Below the pieces are notes generated by a model. That model was given only the letters and a program-made list of their open reading frames with translations, was not told the origin of the DNA and ran no database searches. From Guillardia theta CCMP2712 (lineage: Eukaryota > Protista > Cryptophyta), in assembly GCF_000315625.1 (NCBI RefSeq), contig NW_005434612.1, positions 329,038 through 393,037 of the forward strand: DNA of 64,000 bases, given 5' to 3'. Positions within the stretch are counted from its first letter, which is position 1; each line of letters starts with the position of its first letter. Below are positions 44,977-58,300 of this stretch, one piece after another. Made by a program: the position numbers and the translations under genes.

Positions 44977-46143
44977 GTATCGCGACTCATCCTACCTGTC
45001 ACCCATCCGTCCGAGGAGGCCGCGACAGCTGCAGCTGGGGGTAGCAAGTCAGACGCAGCCAAGAAAATCTTGCTATACCGCTCCCCTCCCCCTTGGCAGC
45101 CGAGCGCTCCCTCTGCATGGCACCAATCAGTCCTCCTGCTCCTCATGAGAAACAAGAGTATCGGACCAGTTCGGCCTCGAGCAATTTTGCCCGAGCATGC
45201 TCGAGGTAACGCTGCCTCTCCTCCTCCTCCTTCTGCTTCTTGGCTTCTTCCTCCTGCTGGTTGAAGAATCAAGGAGAGCAAGGAAACATCATGTTGTAGT
45301 ACAAGTCGCTGCTGCCTGATTTCCTCCTCCCTTTGCCTTTCCTTGATCAATGTTTCCGCTTCTTCCGCTCGCATACGTTCTTCTTCCAGCACCCTGCATC
45401 AATTTCAATCTCTTGAGACTGTCCCAAGATGCATGAGGCAACTTCTGTCGCTTCTTCTGCTCGTCGAACTCATCAGCCACCACAAAGATCTCTTGTAGAC
45501 TTTGCTGGGACAACACGCCATGTAAGCAGCATGAACGCCAAGACGACATGTACTCTGAGTTTCTCGGCCCAATCCTTCAACTCCACGTATCTCTTGTGCA
45601 AGTTTAACACCTTCATCGGGGTCATCATGAGGTGACGACTTGTGCTGTCTTCGTTTCTTTCACCTTCTCCTTCATCGCAGGTCCATACCTGAGCAAGAGT
45701 CAGCGCCGTACAAGGACAAACACGTGGCTGACGTCTGCAGCTCGGGGTCGGGCTCTATCGCCTTCTTGTACAAGGAATCGACTTTGCCATGGAGCTCGCT
45801 GATGTCGCTGAAACAAGCTTGCAAGACCTGCTTCGCTTCAACCTGCGATCAAGGGAATCAGCGAGGTGAAACCTCCTTGAAGCTCCTCACAGCTTGTTCT
45901 CCATCCCGTCGAACGGCTTCGACCTTGGAGGCATCCTGCCATCTACCGCAGCGAGTCACTTGATGCCAGAAGAGGGAAGGAGCTCACTCCGAAGCGATTC
46001 CCCAGAGCCGCTCCACCTCCTCGCTTGCCTGCGAAGTCATGAGCGATGATGGGTTTCAACCCACGAAGGACCTGCTTGAACGGCGGCCCTTTCACTCTCG
46101 CATGCCCTCCTTGCGAGACGTTTTCTGCTTGACGAGAATACAT
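44973..46143 (-). CDS. Hypothetical coiled-coil protein, multi-exon
   Basis: ATG at 46143, E/K/R/Q-rich exons such as 'LEEERMRAEEAETLIKERQREEEIRQQRL', and short GT-AG introns. Confidence 0.5.
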
Positions 46144-46362
46144 GGCTGACTTTCAAGACCTGACCGTTCCCTCAAAGTGAATGTTTCCGAGCTCAGAACG
46201 GCATGTTTCGTCTGGTGAGAGGGAAAATCAAACACTTCTAGAGACAGCAAGCTTTTCTGGTTAGCAACTCCCTTGCATCCTCTTCGACTTTCCTATCTTC
46301 TGCTCCCTCTCAATCTCCTCCCTCCTGCTGTTGGCTGCACTTCCCTTACTCCTGCGAAAGCC

Positions 46363-46741
<379 letters not shown>

Positions 46742-46879
46742 TTCCTTTCCCTTCCCCTCCTCGCCCCCTTTCCACCCTCCACCGCAGTGACATTTCCCGC
46801 GAATTTCAAACCCCCACCCACCGATGGCATGCAGAACTGACCCCTACTCTAAGGGTCGAACTGAAACTCAAAGCCTAGT

Positions 46880-47450
46880 GATCGGACTGCTCACTACTGA
46901 GCACTCAGTGCGGCCGGGGGCCTATTAGGCCCGGCAGTGCCCCCGGCCCCACTCACCGGGTCTATTGCCAAGTTGTGTACTAAAGTTATGATCAACTACC
47001 GGGGGCCGGGCCCAGCCTGACGGTGAGAGTCGGAGTCTGATCTCCCGAGTCCACTGGCACCGTGCACGGCCGCAGAACTGTACTACCGTATGGTGTTCCC
47101 AAGAAACACATACTCTGTGAGCAGTGAGCGAGTCAGAGATCATCAAGATGATTACAAGCTGTGAGGCAAATCAAAAAAGGGAAACTATTGACTCAGCCGT
47201 TGTGCTGCCAAGGCGCGCCGCCCGGCCGCCGGCAGCAACGTACGGTCACGTCTCGGTAGGCTGCGCACGTACACTGAGGGACCAATAGCCTAGTACGGTC
47301 ACAACTTCAGTGGCCCAGTGGCAAGTCGGAAGTCACAAGCCAACACAGTGACATCATGTCTTTTTACTCAAAGGCCAGTGAGGATCATCGGATGCCATCG
47401 TGATGGCTGACCCGAGCAGTCTCTGATCAGTTTTTTACTCAACTTAGCGT
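46880..47450. repeat. Island of short palindromic words (same class as 7370-8520)
   Basis: gtacggtcac at about 47240 and 47293, also at about 7897. Rich in ggcccgg, cagtg and gagtc. Confidence 0.5.
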
Positions 47451-47696
47451 TTGACTAGCGTTTGACCAGAGGCATTGTCAAAGAAAAAAATGGAAACCCT
47501 GGCCCTCTTCCTCACCCCACCCCAATTCACAGGGTATAAGGAGGGTCCTCAAGGCCGACCGAGACGAGGCAAGGATTTGGCTCGCGTCCCTTCTATCCCT
47601 CCTTGTACCCCCCTTCCCGCTCCCCTGTCCTCTCTCTCTTCCTTCTACCATCTCTCTCTTCCTTCTATCTCCTCTTCTTTTCCAGGCTGTGCTTTC

Positions 47697-49308
47697 ATGG
47701 CGACTTCCCGCTCTCTCGTAGCAGGTCTTTGTGTGCTGCTAGTTTTCATCGTCTGCTCCGATGCGGAAGAATCGAGTGCCCCAATGCCTGATGACTATGA
47801 AGTGCCGGAGGGAGATGTCCTGAAAGGGACTGACATCGAGCCGTGTGAACCTGTGTCGGGAGCAGGTACCGAGGCGAATCCCTTTATCTTTCAAGTGAAG
47901 CTCAACTATTTCGTCTCTTCCACTGGATACTTCTCATTCACCAACTGCAAGGGATCGCAAAGGCCAACGATCAAGATCAGGGCCAACTCAACGTACAAGT
48001 TTGTTCAGACTGAGAAGACAAACTGGCTACATCCCCTCGGGTTTGCCTACGGCCCTGATGGAGCCCATGACGGGAGGGATGAGTTGGAGCCGGGAGTGAA
48101 GCCCCCGGGCAGCAAGTCAAAATGCGATGAGTCCAAGACATGTCAGAGCCCCAGGTATCACGGAGGCAAGAGCGGGGACGTCTTCCTCGGACGCACGGGC
48201 CTTCTCTCCACCCCCGAGGATCCGTATGCGGGGATGGGCGACGGTGAGTTCGGGCTGGAAACTTACGAGAGTCACTTCCAAGATCACAGCCTGAGCTTGT
48301 GGGCGAGGAACAAGTACAGCGTCTTGCTACGGATCGAGGATGAAGCAACGGCGGAGATCTACTACTTCTGCCACGTCCACAGGTCAGTCCCTGCCCCTTG
48401 CTCTCCCCTGCACTGACCGTAGAGCAAGATGGATGAGCGGCAAAATCATCGTCGTCAACCCGGACGGAACCCCACGTAAGAATCAGCAGGACGTCGTGCT
48501 GTACAGCCCGACGGTGCTGAGCAGGGACGATGAAGTGTGCGGGACACCCCCAGCTCCGGAGTACGGGGACAACGATGGCCCGGCCAAGTTCATAGGGAAG
48601 TGCGAGACGAAGGCCCTGTGCGGTCCTGCAACGACCTTCAAGAGGTGCATGGAGGGGGTGGACTGTCACATGAACTACAACATGCGGGTCACTCATACCG
48701 ACGACCCGATATCCACCTTCATGCGGCAGATGATCCCCCACCATCAGGTGCTCTCCGCCCCGCTGGTGCTGTGCTGACTCGGTTGACTTGCCGTCTCTCA
48801 GAACGCGGTGAACATGGCGAAGGTCGTGTTGAAGTTGGACAAAGAGCACGTGCGGGATGTGGACAAACAGCTCGGGGGTGACGCGTTTGTGGAAAACCTT
48901 CTGCTTGACATCATCAACACGCAGAACATGCAGATCATGATGGTGAAGAGAAGCGAAGTCACTTGTGTGAGATACGAACTAACATCCTCCATGTAGATGC
49001 ACAGTTACCTGGTATGGAAGACAAAGCAAGGAGAGCCGGAGGTGTATGATCAAGAGTGCGCTGAGAAGCTGCAAGACAAGAACCTCATCGTCTGGGCCTT
49101 TGCCTGCGTTGGTTTGTGCATCGGAGGGATACTGAGCACGGCGTCGTGGTACGTCTTTTGGCGACGACAGAGGCATGGACAAGGCAAAGATAAGTACAGC
49201 CTCGTTCAAGCGACCGCAAGTGTTTCTGCCGTAGCGCCTGCCAGTCAAGTTCAAGTCTCTTGTCAGGGAGAAGCCACAAGTGAGGAGGTGGATATTGCTT
49301 TAGCTTAA
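47697..49308 (+). CDS. ISIP3-like type-I membrane protein: cupredoxin-like domain plus DUF305 (ferritin-like/CopM) domain
   Basis: Signal peptide. 'NWLHPLGFAY...YYFCHVHR|WMSGKI'. 'FMRQMIPHHQ|NAVNMAK...DIINTQNMQI'. TM segment 'LIVWAFACVGLCIGGILSTASWYVFW'. Confidence 0.75.
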
Positions 49309-49474
49309 TAGATAAGCTACTTGCGCTTTAGCTAAACGATGATAGAGAATCGTGAGTGAAATCCTAGAATGGAACATAGGGGACCATTGAAAATAGCAGA
49401 AGTGAATGAATAATGAAGAACCCTAGATCTGTCTCTTGTATCGCTCGACTCGTCTACTTCTTCAGTCCGCTCCT

Positions 49475-51846
49475 CTACTTCTTCAATCTGCTCCGTTTCA
49501 TCTTGATCTGATTGTCCGCCTGCCAAGTCAACAGCGTCAGAATCAACAAGCATGCACATCGGGCAAGCATCGCACCTTGCAAGCATAGACGTCATAACTG
49601 CTCTCCCACATGTCTTTGAACTTCACGTAGAGCTGCATGGCTGCGCGAGCATCTTCGATGGGGTCATGGACCCCGTCCTGTATCTTCTGGTTGAGGTGAA
49701 AGGCCGCCAGATCCTTCAGCCGGGGCATCCCGTTGCTCCCAGCTTGGCGAAGAACTTTGAACTTGGCAGTGTCCCGTGTGCTACGGACAGGGTGGCTGAG
49801 CATGAGAACGCTGAGATCGTTGCGGAGAGCATGCCCGACCAGAATCTTGTCCTTGAGCAGGGAGCTGACCTCTTGCTGTACGGTCTCCAGCGGAACGGCT
49901 CCTGCCTCCTCCTTCAGGTCGTCAAGGGTGAGGCCGGTAATGTGGGAGCGGAGGTCGGTCACTTCCTGGGAGGGGATGACGTTGCGGAAGTAGATGACGT
50001 CCAAGAACTCGTTGACGATGGTGACACGGGCCAGGCAGCTGTCCCTTCCTCGTTCCCCGACGCCAACCATCTCGCAATCCAGAGACACGGCTTTCGTGAC
50101 CTTGGCATTCTTCTCCTTCTCTTTCATCTCCTCCAGGTCCATCCTCTTGTAGTCCTCGATTGTCTTCTTGAGCAGCTTATCTTTCTCTGCCGCCTCCAGG
50201 ATCTTGGCTGTCTTCTCATCCAGCTTCTGCGTCGTCTTCGTCTCTACCTGACAAGCTCGAATGTGCATCGAAGCAAAGCTCGTCTTAGTCTTGTGAGTTG
50301 TCTTTCCCTTCTTCAAGGCCTTGTTTGCGTCTCGCAAGTTGAAGAAAGTGACGTACCCAAACCCTCTCTTCCTCCTCTCCTTGTCTCGGATCACCCCAGC
50401 ACTCGCCACTTCACCAAACCGTCGAAAATGTTCTCTCAGCTCCTCAGAGTCAAGCTCTCTGGTCCCTCCAACAAACAACTTCCTACCTCCGAAGGGAGAC
50501 TTTAGGGAAGGGTTAGCCGACACATTGGCATCCGCCGTTGCCACCGAGTTGTTGGCTGTTACGTTGATCGTCTCTTCATGAAGATCTTCTGAGATATTGC
50601 TCTCCATCCGAGGAACTTTTCTTGATCCCGTTAAACTCACCATGTCCCCAGCATTCTTGAACTGAACGGCGACCCTTCCTCTCGTAAATTTGTTCTCGAA
50701 GCTTGCCAACACGTGACCATCTTTCATGATGCAGATGCTCCTGTTGTCCGGAACAAACCGGAAGGAGACTTCATCCCCCTCCGAGAAGTTTGCCCCTGAG
50801 ATTGACAGCAGGCTTCCCCCGTCCAGGATCCTCCCGTTGGTCACCAGGTACGTCACGAGCCCGGTCATGTTGAGGTTGCCCCACCAGCAAGAGAGAGGAG
50901 TGTCGTCCTTGTAGCACTTATGAGAGACGAGGCCGAAGAACAGCAGGCTCTTCATCTTGACGATGTTCAGAACAACTTCTTGGGACTGATCGAACCGGAA
51001 AGATCTCTTCGATAACACCGTGGGGTACTGCTTCTGCAATACGCTGTCCACCTCCGCTTTCACCACGTTGTTGCCCTTTGGATCGATTGAAGTCCAGAAG
51101 TTCAGCTCTTTCGACCACTCCTCCTTTCTCAACGCATACTGGTCATCCTCTTGCTCCTGGTCAGGGTTCTTGGATCGAGCCAGTTTCTTGTCCTTGATGC
51201 ACTTCAAGAGCAGCCCAGTCAGTACTGCGCTCTTGTTCCTCACTCTCCGCTTGAACGACTTTGGTTTCATCAGATACTCTTCGAACTCCCTCAAGGCATT
51301 CACGAGTGTTATTCGCTTCCCTGCCTTCTTCAGTTGAACAATGTATGTCTTCACCTTAGAGTCCAACTCCTCGTATCGACAGACCCCGGTGCTGTTCAAC
51401 CGGCGGAGGATTTGATCTGGATTCGTCAGCTTATCAGAGGTTACAGCTGAGACGTTGTTTGCCGGCCTTCCTGCTGAGCTAGCATTCTTTTCCTCTTCAA
51501 TCACTTCAGAGCTAACCGTCGCCTCCTCCTGCCCCCATTTCTCCTTGTACGCCTTCAGCTTCCTCGACCGAATGTTGAGCAGGTTCAGCTTGCGCTGGAA
51601 GGAAGATCTCAACGCTGCACCGCTCTTCTTCTGCTGATGGATGGGCGCCTCCGCCCTTGCTGGCCTCCACCTGTTGGACCGCACGGGAGCCCTCCCTCCT
51701 CGCTCCCGGAGAAGGAAAATCCCAACGCAAGAGGTTTGTTGGCGGAGTTGTTGCTCTTGCTGCCAGTCTCCATTCAAGCTGAGGAAAGATGTGGAGATCA
51801 AGAAGATTGTGAGCTGCAAGCAGAGCCTTTGGTTGGAGCTGCTCAT
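49475..51846 (-). CDS. REX4: REX4/REXO4-type DEDDh RNA exonuclease with N-terminal signal peptide, hnRNP-Q-AcD-like, SPRY-like and RRM domains
   Basis: Exonuclease motifs 'SLDCEMVGVG...LARVTIVN', 'ILVGHALRNDL' and 'HDPIEDARAAMQLY'. RRM 'KLFVGG...RGFGYVTF'. Last intron near 49520-49576. Confidence 0.85.
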
Positions 51847-52059
51847 CCTGTTCAAACCATGGTACTGCCTTGAAGGAACTCCGGACTCAACCTTTTTCTC
51901 CAGTCAAACATTGAGCATCCTAATCAAAATCTCCCTCTCTATCAAACATGCCTTTCGTCATGCACATTCCGTCCCTTTCTCCTCTCCCTCCGCTCCATCA
52001 TCTCCTCTCTCCTCTCTCCTCTCCCCTCTGTTGCCGCTGCTGCTAGTCGAAATTGCCAT

Positions 52060-52340
52060 GGCCGCATCTCATGGACCTCATCCCCTTCGGCCCCAGGGCC
52101 GGCCCCAGGGCGGCAGCCAGGGCGGGGCCGGCCGGCCAGGGCCCGGCCACCACCGCACCAAGCGGCTGGGCTGCAGTGCCGGCTAGGCTGCCGGACTTCA
52201 GCAGTGCAGCTTGCGGCCGGACTGCCGGACCTGCTGCCGGACCCTCTCTCAGCCGCTCAGCAGTGCCCGGGCCCGGAGTTGCCAGGTCACAATCTGTGGC
52301 ACGGTGCCCAGGCCTGGAGGTGTCACCGTCACGGCTCACA
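52060..52340. repeat. GC-rich CCGG/CAGTG island
   Basis: Iterated gccgg, gggcccgg, cagtgc and gtcac, lying between the REX4 start and the DNA-PKcs end. Confidence 0.45.
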
Positions 52341-52394
52341 TGGCATTTTTAGTTACAAGACGATGAAAGTACATGATAGCTTGAAGCCTTGAAG

Positions 52395-55300
52395 CTAGGC
52401 GAAGGGGCCCCAACCGTAATAAGCTCTGTATGAGGGACGTGCTCCGTCAGCAGATGTTCAGGAAATAGGATAACAACAAACCTTGCAAGAATGTCTCTTG
52501 AGGTTGCGATCTGCAGGAGAGCATCTACTTGCTCGAAAGGATTCAGCTCCTGCTTTGTCGAGCATCCCCCAGCATTCTTCGCACGGTCAACGAGTTGATT
52601 CAAGGGTCGAACCAAGCCCCGAACTACATCCGTCTTGTTCCTTTCGATCTCACTCTTCACAATCTCGAAGGGATCTTTCCCATCTAGCTTATCCCTCACA
52701 ACCTGCAAACCTCTCATAACGTGTTCTCCTCCTTGTCACAACCTACATGGATACACTGCAGAGCTTCTTCTTTCTTGGCCAAGACCGGATCCTTGGCGAA
52801 CATGGAGAGCACATGAAGCAAGGTTCTCCGATGGTCTCGGAGGGTCCTCAGCACTCTAGCCATCGTGTGCTTCATGCTTCCTTTAGCATCGACAGGGTAG
52901 AGCACCCCCATGAACTAGCAGCAGCCTCAGGTTGCCTCCGTCACAACCTCCTCCTCACCTGAGGGGTCATCCGGAACGGAACCAGCTCGGGGATGGGCAG
53001 CTGGATGGTCGCGCTTCCGAACGCATGCCCGAAGTCGATGCCGAGGATCCTGCCGTCCTCGAGGACGAGAGAGTTGCCGAGGTGCCTGTCCCCTGCCCGC
53101 ACGTGTTACTAGTGTCAGCGCCATCAGTCAGGTATCGCACCTATCCCAACAATGTAGTGACAAGCGTTCATGGCTGCAAGAGTCTTGATGAATTTCGACC
53201 TCTTGTCGTACTCCTCCTGTCGAACAAGCCTATCATCGCACCTAAACCTCTTCGCCTTTCTCACCTTTGCGGTTCTTGTTCCAGACAGCAGAGAATTGCG
53301 AAAATTGAGCTGGTCCAATTGATCAATGAGCCTGTTAAACTTCTGGGTGATGTCTTCGTGTTTCATAGACTTGGACCAAAGAGTCACAAACAAAGGATCT
53401 CTTTCACTTGTCTTGTCCAAGTACATATTGAGGTATCCAGTTTTGCCTTTCTGATATTGCCTGTGCAAAAACGTCAACAACTCGATGACAAAATGCCTCC
53501 AAACGCGCTGACAACCCAAATCCTGCCACTCTCTCTACCACCACAAACACTGAGGTTCTACGAGGAGCGTCATCCTACCTCGTCTCGATGAACTGCTCTA
53601 AAGTTCGAGTTCCCTCCACGTACTCGAGGAGGCCCATGGACTTGCTCAAAGTCACAACGGAGTAGGTGATGAGGCTGAGGCTCTTCTTGGAGCAGTTGGC
53701 GTCTGACGCCATGAGGCGATTCATGATGCCGAACACTTGTTGCAGCCGTTCGTCTTGCCTCAGGTCTTCGCCGCCCTTCACTATCCACCTGTGATCTTTG
53801 CCGTCCGACCCTCTCAACGAGATTCTCACTGGTCTTCTCAGGGACGAGAAGAAAGTCATCCGGTCGTCAAGTGACATGAGCTTGGGGCACTGCGACTCGG
53901 ACAGCAAGGTTGGTACCCCGATGACTTGATAGGGAATGATCACCGCTTCCTCATCATCAAACTTTCCCTCGAACTCAGAGAGGTACGTGGAGTACATCGT
54001 GACAGTCTCTTTGTCACTGAATTTCTGCTTCCATTCTTCTCGGAGTTGTTTGTCAGACAGGCCATTGGGTCTGTTCTTTTTCTCCGCTATCTTATTGAAG
54101 AAAGACTTGAAAGTTGATTCTTTCAACAACTCTTTTCTGATCTTACTCGCCTCCAGACGGTCTTTAAAGTCCGATACCATCAGTGACATCTGATTTCGCG
54201 CCTCCGCAGTCATCACTTTTTTCAATACGTTTTTCTCAACGTCCATAATCTGCTGCAGGGGGTCCTGCAGTAGACGAAAAGCGCCGCGAACGTCATCAAG
54301 CGTCTTCCGATTGACTTTCAACTTGTTGAACAGTTGATCCTGTCCAGAATCAGGCTTGTCTCCAAATTCTGTTTGAAAAGCTAAATAAACTGCCTGCGGG
54401 TAAAGAAGAGACAGTTCACGGATGAGAAAAGCGCTCAGATTGTCGTCCGAGAATTTCTTGTGGAAGAAGATGATTTGTGGCAACCATTGGATGAATGGTT
54501 GTACTGAAAACTTCCTCGACTCAAACAAGCTTGCAATGTTATTTCGCTCTGCGGTTCCTATCATCTCCACGATCTCTAGAAATCGTGGTAGATAATCTTT
54601 CGCCTTATCAAAGCCAAACGTGATGGCTGAAAGTAAACTCTCGAGGAAGATGTCCAAATACTTCTTGTCATCGCCGACAATCCTGACTGTGACTTGATCG
54701 CATTCCATCGCCTTCTGTGCGTCGTCTGATTTGTCGCTTGCCTCCCCATGCATCTTCAGTTGCTTGTCACACCAGACAGCGGCATGGAAGTGCGTCTTAG
54801 CCAGGTACTTCAGCCGGATCCCCCCGGACTCCGAGAGCTTCTCGCTCTCATGCCTCGCGAGCTCCAAGCGTCTCAGCGCCTCGTCCTGCTGGTCGAGGTG
54901 ATCAAACAGTTGTCCTTGGCGGAGGAGACCTTTCAGCCGCCATCGCATGTTCTCGTCGCCCTGCTGGGGGGTGCGGGTCAAGGCGTCATCCATCTTCTCT
55001 ATGAAGTGCTTGTAGGTCTCAGGCAACGTGCTCGAGGCCTTGAACGACGCAACCTTCACCTTTCTGCACCAATACTCCAAGCTGCTCAGTTGTGGAGTCA
55101 GCTGGTTGGCTGCTTTGGACGCAAACTGGTTGTTGTACCTCGCCGCCATTGCCGCGAGCTTCAACGAGATCTGCATTTTCATCTCATCGCACATACCTTG
55201 AGCCCCCAGCTCAGAGCCAAGGGCGCGGGACTCGGCATGCCTCAACAAGATGTATCGGCTCATCAAGATCTGGTCCCATCCCAACCCCTGACTTCTCGAA

Positions 55301-58300
55301 GTGCTCTTTGGCTGCCTCCTCCTCCACTTGGCCAGGAGCCCCTGGAGCTCCGAGGCGTCTCCGGCCGAGTGCAGGTACTCGTCGAACTCGATGAGTCTTT
55401 GAAGCTCGACGATCTTCTTGCTCTTCATGCCCTCCCCGAAGTTCACACTACGCTGCCAAGAGGAGCAGTAGTTGGAGATGCCTCGTCGCACAGCCTCCTC
55501 ACACTCGGGCGTGATCTTCGGGTTGCCCAGCAGCCTCGCCAGCGCGTGCTCGTAAGAGAGCTCGGTCTGCAGCTGCGGCCCCTCCGTCGCTGACCCGGCG
55601 CTGATCAGGCTCGTGATCGTGCTCACCTTCGAGCTCCGCGCGTCCCCGAAACGATCAAAGTCTGTGAAGATGTGGCCGACCTGACACTTGAGGAAGTTGC
55701 GGAGAGACTTCCAGTTCTCAGGTTTGAGGAGCTCCTTGTCGAAAGACTGGGAGGACTCATCGTCCGGCTCGTACTTGTTGACGATCCAGGACTCGAGGTC
55801 AGCGAACTTGAGGCTCTTCAACAGACTCTCTTCCATCCCTCGCTCGCAGATCTCGACGACGGGCTCGGCAACGTCTTGCTTGGACAGGAGGGCATCGTAA
55901 CACGAGATTGCTTCCTCGAATCGTCCATCCACTTCGAGGTTCAGCGCCTTCAAGGCTTGTCTGTTCCCGTCGTCCGTCGACAAGAACTTTTCATAGATGC
56001 CAATCTCCATGTCACTTTCTTCCAGCATGGCGTACAAGGCTGAGAGCGGCAGCCAGTCGGAGTCGTCAACTTCTGTGTGCTTCCTCTTTCCGTCTTGCTT
56101 CTTGCTCGCATCCTCCAATTTCAGGATGGCGTTCTCAAGCGTCAGGATGCCGTCGTAGATGCACTCTGACTTGCTCTTGCAGATGTTCACGATGGATCTT
56201 GAGTCGATGGGGACGTCAAACTTCCGACTGATGCTGAGCAAAGTGGAGAGGACGATGGGGGATTGGAAGGAAGCAAAGCATAGAGCTCTCCCGACAAGCT
56301 CTTTCAGCTTGTCTCCTCTATCTCCCAGTACCCTCTGTATGGCTTCTTTCTCCTTCACAATCACCATTGCTTTTTGCACCATTCCCTCCCCCTTCTCCTG
56401 TTCCTTCTTCCCCTTTCCCTTCGCCGGCAATTCCTTCATTTTTTGCTTCTCTTGTTCTTTCTGCTCCTTCTCCTTCTCCATCGCCGTTTTCGTTTTCTTC
56501 ACCAGCGCATTGATGTACTCCAGAATCACGATGTTGCACAACTGGTCGTCGTGAGAGGCTGCAAGCTTCAGCAGCGTTACTAACTCTCCTTGATTGATCT
56601 CTATAAAGGGGACCTCTCCATGCATGTACCGACGACACATGGAGATCTTCAAACGCCGCTTTAGCTCCGCTTGCTCCTTTCGCTGACGATTCTCAGCCGC
56701 TATTCGAGCCATGCGGATCTTGAAGATATTCGAGGCAAACTTCCCCTTGAGGGCTCGGGCCCTGTCTCGCTCGGGGCCCTGTCTCCGCCATTTCTGCAGT
56801 CTCTCGAGGGTCTCAGCGGACTGCCACTCCTTCAGTCCATACATCAGCCTGTTGGTTTGCCCGTCCTCCTCAACCTCCATGGTGTCGCTCGTAGCAAGGG
56901 TGAACGTGCTCTCAGCCGTGCTGCTCCCGATCCCTCTCCTTTGCCGAGATGCGAACTGACTCTGAGAGACCCAGGTCGCTGTGAAGGTGGAGGTGAGGGA
57001 GAGGTCGAGGTACTGGAACTGCAAGTCAGGGACGAGCGGTTTGTCGAACAGCTTCAAGTCGACAGCCTCACAAGACTCCAGCATGAAGTGACTCACGCTG
57101 CGCAACCAGATCTCCCCGACGTTCTTCCCGTCAACCCTGGAGAAGTCTTCCAGCAGGTGCAGGAGCATCTCGAGCGGCTGCTCGACCTTAATCTTGCCTT
57201 TGTACCATCTCAAGAAGAAGCTCCTCGCCTCTTCTTTCGGATCTCCAAGGGAAACCAGGAGCCGTTTGTGAACCTCCTGCCTCAGTTCACCGATCTGACT
57301 TTCCTTGTGGTCGAGGTTGGCACAGCGCTCGACAACGTCGTGGAGCGTCATGAAGTAGTGGACCCGAAGGTTGTCAGGTCCCTTGCAGAAGACGTCGTGG
57401 AACGTGAGGAGGCTCCTGGTGATGTCCACGAGTTGCAACGGATCGAGGGTTGGAAGCAGAGCCCCTGAGGAGTCCTGGGCATCTGCCAGCGGGTCCTCTG
57501 GCCTTCCGTTCAAGAGACGGAAGAAATTCAGGTGCGTCTCTCGACTCTTGGATATGGCCGTCTTGGCGTCCATCGCCACCTCTTGCAGCTGGGTCCTCTG
57601 CTGCCGCCCCTCCTCGTCCTCCTCTCTAAGATCTCTGAGGCCTCTGAGATGCTTCACCTGCTTCATCTTGATCTCCAGCTTCTCCGACAGCTTCTCGTGC
57701 ACGTTCCTCTCGTTCACCCTCAGGTGCGAGTGCGCCCATGTCGCCGCCTTGGGGTATCGCTCGCAGAGGCTGCGGATGCAGACGATGAGCTGGTCGACTT
57801 TGTCGCTCTTTGCCAACGCGTGGACCTGCTTCACGATGCTCTTCTCCACCTCACTCCTGTCTTCTGCTACCATCAAACCCAGCCATGCCCCGCACAACAA
57901 GCTGGATGGTTGAAGAAATCTGCGAGAGATGTACTTTCGGTTCTCAGCGTTCGATTCTTGGGATGGCGACATGAAGGTAGTCAACAAGGTTCCCAGCGCT
58001 CTGACTTCATCTTTCATCTCGCGGCTCTCAAGTCGATTCCATCGCTCCCCTGACTGGTGCTTCTCTTGAATCTCGGTCAGATAGATGTACCTCTGGAACT
58101 GAAACCCGATCAGGACGCCAATCGAATCTCTCGCCTCGTAGAGCTCCTTTATCTTGAGCAAGTACTCGTGCAATTCTTGTGCAGTCGCGTACTTCCGCCA
58201 AGGCAGGAGGAGCCTGATGAAGAGTGAGAATGAAGGGTTGCTCTTGCTGGGTTTGACTTTGCGGTGGATGATGTTCGACATTAGGTAGAGCAGGAAGGAC

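Noticed and set aside
49552-50505. Long antisense ORFs, also 54748-55593, 56671-57468 and 31109-31975
   Set aside because: Shadow frames of GC-rich coding sequence on the opposite strand, with no independent protein features.
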